A stretch of 32,000 nucleotides of DNA from contig NBVN01000002.1 of NCBI GenBank assembly GCA_003056265.1, positions 600,001-632,000 on the forward strand. Reading direction: 5' to 3'. Source of the DNA: Zestosphaera tikiterensis (GTDB lineage: Archaea; Thermoproteota; Thermoprotei_A; Sulfolobales; NBVN01). Of this stretch, positions 9,862 through 16,771 are shown in pieces. Position 1 is the stretch's first letter; every line of letters starts with the position of its first letter. Below the pieces are notes generated by a model that did not search any database, was not told the origin of the DNA, and worked only from the letters and a program-made list of their open reading frames with translations. Both the position numbers and the translations under genes were made by a program.

Positions 9862-11025
9862 TTAGCCGAACCCTTTCCTAAAGTTTTCAAGCCATGAACG
9901 GACTTCTGCAGGTATCTTGTCTAAGTACTTGTTTAAGAAGCATGTTTGTAACCGGTCGAATATTGGTTTAGTGTCAAAGTAGTTTATCTTAGCTCCCTGT
10001 TGTATTAGATACTGAATACCGACTATCCTCTCTACGTAGAAGCCCCAAGCATTCTTTTCTTTAGCTGCTTCTTGCGCAGCCTCTAGGACTATCTTCTGTA
10101 GATCTGGTGGTAGTTGCTCGAATAACTGCTTGCTTACTACAACGAAGTGCCACGCGTAAGCCCAACCAACCATAGCTATGTTAGGTGCGACCTCATAGAA
10201 CCTCATAGATATAATAGCACCTACCTCATTCTCCATAGCGTCAATAGCTTTAGTTTGTAAGAGGGTATAGCATTCGGAGTATGGCAGTGCTTGTGGATTA
10301 GCGCCTAAGCATTGACCCGCCTCTATAAAGACTGGTGAGCCCATAACCCTAAGCTTCAATCCCTGAAAGTCTTGAAGGGACTTTATAGGTTTCTCCGGTA
10401 CTGAGAGGAAGTAACGAGCCCCGCCAACCGTAATTGCTAGGACCTTCCATCCAAACGGCTCCAGGGCTTGGTTAACGTAATTAAGTGCTACGTCGGACTC
10501 GCCGAAAGCTATAGCTTCTTCTGTACTTCTGAAGAGGCCTGGATAACTGAAGAACAGCAACTTATCGGTGTATGTCGCGAACCTGGAAACTTCAATCGTA
10601 GCGATGAAGAGTTGCCCTTTCCTCATAAGCTCTAGGTATTGGTCTTGATCGCCTAACTCACCGCCGGGATGCAAAATTACTTTTATTCTTCCACCAGACC
10701 TATATTCAACCTTCTCCTTAAACCTTGTGAAGAAGTAATGGTGGGTATCAAGCGGTGACGGTGCCGTTAAATATGCTGCATGAAGTTCATACTCAGCCTT
10801 AGGTGCTGTAGCCGCGGTAGCTGTGACCGTAACTGGCGATGTTACTGTCGCTGTAACGGTTCTCGTCACGGTTGAACCGGGACCAGCTCCACTTACTGTT
10901 ATTGTGGTTGTGGCTGGTGTAACGCCACTACTTCCTGCGAAGTATCCTACGATACCGGCTACTATTATTAAAACTACAAGTATAGGTGTTATAAACTTAC
11001 TCTGCGCTAACATTCTTAATTTCAC
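9862..11025 (-). CDS. dctP: TRAP transporter substrate-binding protein (DctP type), membrane-anchored via N-terminal helix and Thr/Val-rich linker
   Basis: DctP-like core (HPGGELGDQDQYLELMRKGQLFIATIEV...FSYPGLFRSTEEA). N-terminus KFITPILVVLIIVAGIVGYFAG followed by TTTITVSGAGPGSTVTRTVTATVTSPVTVTATAATAP. GGTGA lies 12 nt upstream of the ATG and a TTATTTAAAAATA TATA-like box lies further upstream. Confidence 0.8.
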   Translation of the reverse strand: MKLRMLAQSKFITPILVVLIIVAGIVGYFAGSSGVTPATTTITVSGAGPGSTVTRTVTATVTSPVTVTATAATAPKAEYELHAAYLTAPSPLDTHHYFFTRFKEKVEYRSGGRIKVILHPGGELGDQDQYLELMRKGQLFIATIEVSRFATYTDKLLFFSYPGLFRSTEEAIAFGESDVALNYVNQALEPFGWKVLAITVGGARYFLSVPEKPIKSLQDFQGLKLRVMGSPVFIEAGQCLGANPQALPYSECYTLLQTKAIDAMENEVGAIISMRFYEVAPNIAMVGWAYAWHFVVVSKQLFEQLPPDLQKIVLEAAQEAAKEKNAWGFYVERIVGIQYLIQQGAKINYFDTKPIFDRLQTCFLNKYLDKIPAEVRSWLENFRKGFG

Positions 11026-11099
11026 CTTCCGTAATGTGAAGCGTGTTATTTTTAAATAAGGTTTACATAGAACAAGTTTTATTTTCGTTTAGGTCTTTA

Positions 11100-11903
11100 T
11101 TAAGTCGGTACGTTTTTATATTTAGTCAAGGCTTCCTTTACTGGGAGTCTAGGATTTACAAACGTTAACCCACCATCAACTATGAACACCTGACCTGTTA
11201 TGAACTCTGCTTCATCACTTGCTAGGAAAGCAACCATATTAGCTACGTCAGAAGGTTTACCAAACCTCCCTAAGGGAGTTACTAACTTCTGCAACTCTAT
11301 ATCTAGTTCTGACCATATGCTCCTAACACCAGGTGTTTCTATAGGGCCTGGAGCTATAGCGTTTACAGTTATGTTGTAAGGTGCTAACTCAGCCGCTAGG
11401 CACTTAGTAAATCCTACGAGAGCGGCTTTAGCTGTACCGTAGTGTACTAGACCCGGCACTCCATGTATTATCCCAGTTATTGACGATATGTTGATTATCC
11501 TGCCATACTTTCGTGCGATCATGTTAGGCACTACAGCTTTAGAAGCGTAGAACGCGCTCTTAAGGTTTAAGTTGATTATGTAATCCCAGTCGTCTTCACT
11601 CATCTCTAAAAATGCTTTTCTTGGGTAAGCACCTACGTTATTAACTAATATATCAATCTTACCGAATTGCTTAATTGCCTCGTCAACAGCTTTCTCCACA
11701 TCGCTTCTCTTAGTTGCGTCACCCACGAAGAACGCTACGTTAACGCCTTTAGTTCTTAATTCATTAACGACCTCAATAAGTTTCTGTTCTGTTAAGCTAA
11801 ATAGAAAGATGTCCGCGCCTAAGCTAGCTAGTTTCACCGCTATTTCCCTACCTATTCCACGACCGCCCCCAGTTATTAAAGCGGTCTTTCCTTTAAGGTT
11901 CAC
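11100..11903 (-). CDS. short-chain dehydrogenase/reductase (SDR)
   Basis: TGGGRGIGREIA, NNVG, and S...YGTAK catalytic pattern. Confidence 0.9.
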   Translation of the reverse strand: MNLKGKTALITGGGRGIGREIAVKLASLGADIFLFSLTEQKLIEVVNELRTKGVNVAFFVGDATKRSDVEKAVDEAIKQFGKIDILVNNVGAYPRKAFLEMSEDDWDYIINLNLKSAFYASKAVVPNMIARKYGRIINISSITGIIHGVPGLVHYGTAKAALVGFTKCLAAELAPYNITVNAIAPGPIETPGVRSIWSELDIELQKLVTPLGRFGKPSDVANMVAFLASDEAEFITGQVFIVDGGLTFVNPRLPVKEALTKYKNVPT

Positions 11904-12075
11904 GTATACTCACCACAAAGAAGCTAGGAAGCAATAGTTAAAAACCCTGTATAGAATATGTTTTATTTTCTTGCTTCTTAAGATTTATTTACTTCATTCT
12001 CATTTAAGTTATTAACTCCTTAGATAATAATCGCATTGATGTTCTTAACCTGCTAGATTTTTAGGAGGTTTTAGC

Positions 12076-12085
12076 TTTTTAAATT
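12076..12085 (+). promoter_or_regulatory. TATA-like box candidate for the HTH_10 regulator gene
   Basis: TTTTTAAATT about 40 nt upstream of ATG 12123, in the 219-nt divergent intergenic region. Confidence 0.3.
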
Positions 12086-12122
12086 TTCTAAATCGCATGC
12101 TATAACCATTAAAAATTTATTA

Positions 12123-12866
12123 ATGTCTAAACGGAAGTTTTACAGGGTAATGATGAAGAGGAATTTACGCGTCCCCAGCGATTTAAGTATTTTAGAATTT
12201 GAGATTAGGAAGCCTAGCCGTAGTTTCTTCGGCAAGTTAAGTGAGGTTAGTTCTTCAACGTTAAACTTAGAGGTCGTGAAAATTCCCGATTCTGAAAACT
12301 ACGTTGTGTTTGGTTATTCCTTCAGCAAAGACCTTGATAAGTACATAGATAGCGTTAAATTCATGACGAGCGTTCCTAGGAATCACATAAGGAAGTTTAG
12401 GTATTGGAGGGATGGTAAGTTAGTTTATATGATGGCCTTGAAGTCTAAATGTGATTTTATTCAGTTAGCTGAAGAGAATAAAGTGAGTATTCTATCTCCT
12501 TACGTGTTCGATAAGGGAATTAGGAAATATCTCGTGTTAGGCAATACAGCTAACTTAAGTAGGTATAGGGAAAGTGTTAGCGAGTTTTACGGTGAATCTA
12601 ATGTATATTCAAGACCTATTAGCTTTACAGAACATTTAAGCATGTCGTTATCTAAGAGGGTTGCTTTCTCTGTGATCTCAGACAAGCTAACGACGAATGA
12701 GGTCGAGGTGTTAAAACATGCGTTTATTTCCGGCTACTTTGACTACCCAAAGCAGATAACTTTAGACGCTCTAGCTTCATCACTAGGGCTTTCTAAAGTT
12801 ACTGTAGATATACACATAAGGAAAGCCGTTAGGAAAATCCTTGAGGAAATGTTGAAAGTTGCTTAA
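12123..12866 (+). CDS. transcriptional regulator with C-terminal HTH_10 (bacterio-opsin-activator-type) DNA-binding domain
   Basis: The C-terminus LTTNEVEVLKHAFISGYFDYPKQITLDALASSLGLSKVTVDIHIRKAVRKILEEM matches the HTH_10 pattern LT-x2-Q-x-E-x-L-x2-A-x3-GYFD-x-PR-x2-TL-x2-LA-x2-LGIS-x2-T-x3-H-LR-x-A-x2-K. The N-terminal ~180 aa were not recognised. Confidence 0.8.
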   Translation: MSKRKFYRVMMKRNLRVPSDLSILEFEIRKPSRSFFGKLSEVSSSTLNLEVVKIPDSENYVVFGYSFSKDLDKYIDSVKFMTSVPRNHIRKFRYWRDGKLVYMMALKSKCDFIQLAEENKVSILSPYVFDKGIRKYLVLGNTANLSRYRESVSEFYGESNVYSRPISFTEHLSMSLSKRVAFSVISDKLTTNEVEVLKHAFISGYFDYPKQITLDALASSLGLSKVTVDIHIRKAVRKILEEMLKVA

Positions 12867-12876
12867 GAGCCACACC

Positions 12877-12891
12877 TTTTAAATAAAAAAA
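12877..12891. terminator. bidirectional oligo-T region between convergent genes
   Basis: T4 (12877-12880) on the plus strand after stop 12866. A7 (12885-12891), which is T7 on the minus strand, after the minus-strand stop at 12919. Confidence 0.35.
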
Positions 12892-12918
12892 TATAAATGA
12901 ATGGGTTTTTAAGCAATG

Positions 12919-13416
12919 TTAGATCTCACTTAGCAAGCCTTCTAAGGTTTGCCTGACCTTAGCTAGCTTCTCCTTCAACGTCGTGACTTCAGCTTTAAGC
13001 TCATTGATTACTTTCTCCTGCTCTTCTAACTTCTTAGTTAACTCACGCACTTTAGACTCAACATGCTCTGTTGTTGGTAGAGGCAGTTGAATTTCTAACC
13101 TACCGTTTTTCTGCCTTAATAACTCGTAAGTTTCTTTAATTATTTTCCCGGCCTCTGTCTTCCCAGTTAAGTGGTTTCTAATCGTTGATTCTGTCCTACC
13201 TAACTCCTCAGCTATCTTGGCTGTTGAATACCCGGCCCTATCCCTAGCTAAAGCTCCAGCAGCTATAACTAGAGAGTCTAGCCACGTCAACCTATCCTCA
13301 GCCGACCTTATCTTCTCCAACACGTCGGGCCTGAATAGCGTTCCGAAGAGGAGAGCTAATTCAAGCTTACGGACTTCCTCCTTACCTAAAGGTTTTAAAG
13401 GTATTTCCTCACTCAT
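12919..13416 (-). CDS. HTH plus C-terminal coiled-coil protein, partner of the KaiC-like ATPase
   Basis: HTH-like YSTAKIAEELGRTESTIRNHLTGKT and a C-terminal heptad-rich VRELTKKLEEQEKVINELKAEVTTLKEKLAKVRQTLEGL. Its start ATG shares 1 nt with the upstream stop (TAATG). Confidence 0.65.
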   Translation of the reverse strand: MSEEIPLKPLGKEEVRKLELALLFGTLFRPDVLEKIRSAEDRLTWLDSLVIAAGALARDRAGYSTAKIAEELGRTESTIRNHLTGKTEAGKIIKETYELLRQKNGRLEIQLPLPTTEHVESKVRELTKKLEEQEKVINELKAEVTTLKEKLAKVRQTLEGLLSEI

Positions 13417-14177
13417 TACTCAACACCTCCGTAAATAACCGACCTACCTAAGGACTTAACGACCTTACCTACGTTGATTACGACTCCCCTATCCGATATT
13501 TCAAAGGGGTGTCTCCTCATATCGTGTTTAGTACCGCGCATCTTCCAAATAATTATCGACCTAACCAACTCACCGTCGATTTCATCCAGATCCAACCTAA
13601 TTATCCCGTCAACAGCGTGTTCAACGCCGGGACCTCCAAAACCCCTCTCAGTAACGCTTACTTGAGAGACTAGAAACGCCGTAACGCCTAAACCGGATAG
13701 CATCCTCTTAAGCTGCATTAAGACGTTCCTAGCGACTGAAGGCTTCGTTAAGTAAAGCGTTGAGACGGAGTCTATAACGGCTCTCTGAGCTCTGATATCC
13801 TTTAAAGCCTGCCTAGCAACATCAACGAACTCACCAATATCGTCAACGCTTTTAACGACGTAACGCTCTTTTTTAGCGGCTTCCCCAATACCTCCGGTGA
13901 AGGCATCGACAACCGCGAAAAGCCCTTCATCCTCATATTTCCTAACGTCCCAACCGAACTCAGCCATATTCCTCCTAACCTGCGCTGGATGCTCCTCCAA
14001 AGTAACTAAAACTCCAGGTTCACCTAAGCTAAGACCGTAATATAGGTATTGCTGACTGAAGATCGTCTTACCCGTGCCGGGCCCTCCAGAAATTAAAACT
14101 ATATTCCTCTTAGGTATGCCTCCATTAAGCAACTCATCAAGTCCTGGAATACCACTCTTAACCCTTTCTATAACCAC
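13416..14177 (-). CDS. single-domain KaiC/RecA-superfamily ATPase
   Basis: [30 protein letters not shown] (Walker A in KaiC/RadA context), Walker B-like RAVIDSVS, and a 253-aa single domain. Confidence 0.85.
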   Translation of the reverse strand: MVIERVKSGIPGLDELLNGGIPKRNIVLISGGPGTGKTIFSQQYLYYGLSLGEPGVLVTLEEHPAQVRRNMAEFGWDVRKYEDEGLFAVVDAFTGGIGEAAKKERYVVKSVDDIGEFVDVARQALKDIRAQRAVIDSVSTLYLTKPSVARNVLMQLKRMLSGLGVTAFLVSQVSVTERGFGGPGVEHAVDGIIRLDLDEIDGELVRSIIIWKMRGTKHDMRRHPFEISDRGVVINVGKVVKSLGRSVIYGGVE

Positions 14178-14310
14178 TTTTCAACTCCCAATATATATTA
14201 CATAATGTTATTTAAATTTAATTTATAGAAAGCAACGATTACGTAGCACCTATAGCGAAGGTAAGAAGAACAAAATTTAAAACATTGCTGGAATCTATAT
14301 CGTGGTGATT

Positions 14311-14315
14311 AAAAA
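14311..14315 (+). other. A5 homopolymer at which the peptidase reading frame appears broken
   Basis: GTG GTG ATT AAA AAC GGC TGA (14302-14322) stops after 6 codons. Removing one A of the run gives VVIKTAEDVLVKELASIVNVPRYSLIGLTHNY, in frame with ATG 14399. Confidence 0.5.
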
Positions 14316-14398
14316 CGGCTGAAGATGTTTTAGTTAAGGAGTTAGCATCTATAGTTAACGTACCTAGATATAGTTTAATCGGCTTAACACACAACTAC

Positions 14399-16081
14399 AT
14401 GGTTTTCGGATCTACAGCAGAGGGAGTATACAACTTATATGCTTTAAACCTCTCTAAGGGGGAAACGTTTAAAATAACTAAGGAGCCACCTCACTTATAT
14501 GCTAAGACCTCACGCATATCGCCTTACGTAGTTTACACGTTAGATGTTTCTAAAGGGTTTGAGTTAGTTAAGTTGTACGCCATTAACTTAAACACTCTAG
14601 AGTTGGTTGACGTCTCTAGAGAGGTTCCGCCGCAGAGGGTTGTGGGTGTGGGTTTCGACGGCGTTAGGGTTGCCTGGTCCGGGTCGACCAAGGAGGCTGC
14701 GGGTATTTACCTAACTAAGGTTCCTGATGGGGAGCCTGAACTTATAGCTAAGACTAAAGGGAGGGAATTCGTTACTGACGTGAGTGGGAACTATATCGTG
14801 GGTTTCGGTCATTTACGTGATAATCCATACTCTATGGAGATATTCGTCATAGACCTAAAAAGCAACGAGTTTAAAGTGGTGACGCCTAAGGAAGGCTCGA
14901 CCAACACCTCACCTAGGATTAAAGATAATGACGTGTTCTTCGTAAGCGATTTTAAAACTTTAGATAAGGAGAGACTTTATTCATTTAACGTAAGCTCTGA
15001 AGAGTTTAAAGACGTTACGTTTGAAAGCAGTGACTTAATTGCTTACGACCCTACAGAGATAGTTAACTACGGCTGGAGCGATGCCGGTGAGTTATGGGTT
15101 ATAGGTAAGAGAGACGGTAGGACTAAACTCTTCTTAAACGGGAGGGAGATACCGACACCTAAAGGCTTTATAACGGACGCAGATTTATATGAAGGTAAGG
15201 CCTACATAGCGTTTTCATCGCTTAAGGAACCTCCTAAAATAGCGTCGGTAGACCTAACGTCGGGTGAGGTTAAGGTAGTTATAGATAATAAGTTACCTGA
15301 GGAGATCTCTAAGAAGTTTGGTGAGGTTTTATTCGTTAGGTTTAGGTCCTTCGACGGCTTGGAAATACCTACGTATGTGCTTAAAAACGCTGAAGTCAGC
15401 GCTCCAGGACCTACGGTTATTTACCCACATGGAGGTCCTTGGTCTGAAGTAGCTGATTCCTGGTCTTCATTCATAGCAGCTTTAACTGTCTTAGGCTATC
15501 ACGTCGTAGCTCCAAACTTTAGAGGCTCGACGGGATATGGCGAAAGCTTTAGGAAGCTTGATTTAGGGGATCCCGGCGGTGGTGACCTTCTAGACGTGGT
15601 TTACGCTAGGGATTGGGCTGTGAAAGCCGGTATAGCTAGAGAGGACAGCGTTTGCATCGTAGGCTATAGCTACGGAGGGTATATGACGTTCATAGCTATG
15701 ACTAAATACCCCGACTTATGGAGGTGTGGGGTTGCTGGAGCTGGAGTAACTGATTGGAGGGAAGATTACGAGTTAGCTGACGCCTACTTTAAGAAATTTG
15801 ATGAGATTCTCTTCGCGGGTAAGCTAGAGCTCTTCGAGGAGAGGTCCCCAATAACCTACGTAGAGAACACTAAAGCACCGATATGTATAATACACCCTCA
15901 AAACGACAGTAGATGCCCGCTTAAACCGGTTATGAAGTTCGCCTTTAAGCTAATGGAGCTAGGCAAACCCTTCGAACTACACGTAGTGCCGGAGATAGGG
16001 CATGCTATAAGTCTCGACAACAAAAGCCTACTGAAATTCTTCATATACACAGGCATGTTCTTAAAGAAACACCTAACGTAG
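14399..16081 (+). CDS. S9-family serine peptidase, acylaminoacyl-peptidase-like (beta-propeller plus alpha/beta hydrolase)
   Basis: Nucleophile elbow GYSYGGYMT, acid IHPQNDSRCPL, His PEIGHAI, preceded by a ~330-aa propeller-like region. The true N-terminus is probably about 32 codons further upstream (see the 14302-14401 finding). Confidence 0.9.
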   Translation: MVFGSTAEGVYNLYALNLSKGETFKITKEPPHLYAKTSRISPYVVYTLDVSKGFELVKLYAINLNTLELVDVSREVPPQRVVGVGFDGVRVAWSGSTKEAAGIYLTKVPDGEPELIAKTKGREFVTDVSGNYIVGFGHLRDNPYSMEIFVIDLKSNEFKVVTPKEGSTNTSPRIKDNDVFFVSDFKTLDKERLYSFNVSSEEFKDVTFESSDLIAYDPTEIVNYGWSDAGELWVIGKRDGRTKLFLNGREIPTPKGFITDADLYEGKAYIAFSSLKEPPKIASVDLTSGEVKVVIDNKLPEEISKKFGEVLFVRFRSFDGLEIPTYVLKNAEVSAPGPTVIYPHGGPWSEVADSWSSFIAALTVLGYHVVAPNFRGSTGYGESFRKLDLGDPGGGDLLDVVYARDWAVKAGIAREDSVCIVGYSYGGYMTFIAMTKYPDLWRCGVAGAGVTDWREDYELADAYFKKFDEILFAGKLELFEERSPITYVENTKAPICIIHPQNDSRCPLKPVMKFAFKLMELGKPFELHVVPEIGHAISLDNKSLLKFFIYTGMFLKKHLT

Positions 16082-16131
16082 AAGCCGTAGCGCATTCTAT
16101 ATAATTTCTTGATATTCTCAAATATTCTTAA

Positions 16132-16422
16132 TCACTTTCCTCTTGAAGCGTTGTAATCAACTAAGGCTGGAAAACTAGCACGACTACCGGCCGCTATAAC
16201 CCTCACTAAAGTCTTCGAACCTTTACCAACGACCGTAGTAAAAGCTGTAAGGTGCCTACCCGTCCTAAGAAACGCTTTCTCACCTAAAGCTACAGCTATC
16301 TTAGGACTTGAGCTTAAAACCTCTAGAAAGATGTTCGAAGCCTCATCTACTTCCTCAAGAGCTCTAACTACCTCAGCAAAAGAAGTTTTAAACCTAACCA
16401 ACATTCCATGAGCTAAAACCAT
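16132..16422 (-). CDS. hypothetical protein (96 aa)
   Basis: ORF only. Same strand as, and downstream of, the AOR operon. No motif recognised. Confidence 0.4.
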   Translation of the reverse strand: MVLAHGMLVRFKTSFAEVVRALEEVDEASNIFLEVLSSSPKIAVALGEKAFLRTGRHLTAFTTVVGKGSKTLVRVIAAGSRASFPALVDYNASRGK

Positions 16423-16518
16423 ATCTCATCTAGGCATTAATCACTCTTAACTTTATAAGCGTAAATTAAGAAGCTCGTAAGTTCCCTATTACTGACGTTC
16501 ATCAACTTTACGTGATTA

Positions 16519-16767
16519 TTATCCGCCGCGATAAACCTTCACAACAAAAACTTCAGAAACTTCACAAACGTTTTTGCTTTCATCCACTAATCTTCCGTCG
16601 CTAGTTACTAAGGTTATGTCTTCAAGGTTTGTGGGTATGTTAAAACTTCTTAATACTTTATCTACTACAGCATGTATGGGTAGGCACTCACTTAGCTGTA
16701 GGCAGTACTTCTCCCCTAACACGGCGGCTAAGTTGCCGCGGAATTTTAAGCAGAAGGATACGTTCAT
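16519..16767 (-). CDS. MoaD/ThiS-like beta-grasp small protein ending in Gly-Gly
   Basis: 82 aa with C-terminus ...VVKVYRGG followed directly by the stop. It starts 4 nt after the AOR stop. Size and the terminal GG are typical of sulfur-carrier / ubiquitin-like proteins. Confidence 0.65.
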   Translation of the reverse strand: MNVSFCLKFRGNLAAVLGEKYCLQLSECLPIHAVVDKVLRSFNIPTNLEDITLVTSDGRLVDESKNVCEVSEVFVVKVYRGG

Positions 16768-16771
16768 ATTA

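Noticed and set aside
10800-10930. Periodic GTNAC-rich repeat-looking DNA, including the antisense ORF 10823..11059.
   Set aside because: This is the coding sequence of the Thr/Val linker (TVTATVTSPVTVTAT) of DctP. It is not a tandem repeat element or CRISPR array: the units are imperfect and there is no repeat-spacer architecture.
12029-12098. The 8-mer AATCGCAT occurs twice, 62 nt apart, in the divergent promoter region (the second copy contains GCATGC).
   Set aside because: A single 8-mer repeat in a ~220-nt AT-rich region is close to chance expectation. It is not enough to call an operator, though it could be revisited with footprinting.
13416-14177. Possible circadian clock KaiC or archaellum ArlH/FlaH.
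   Set aside because: It is a single-domain protein. There are no kaiA/kaiB genes and no archaellum genes (arlB/I/J etc.) nearby, so I kept the generic KaiC/RecA-superfamily ATPase call.
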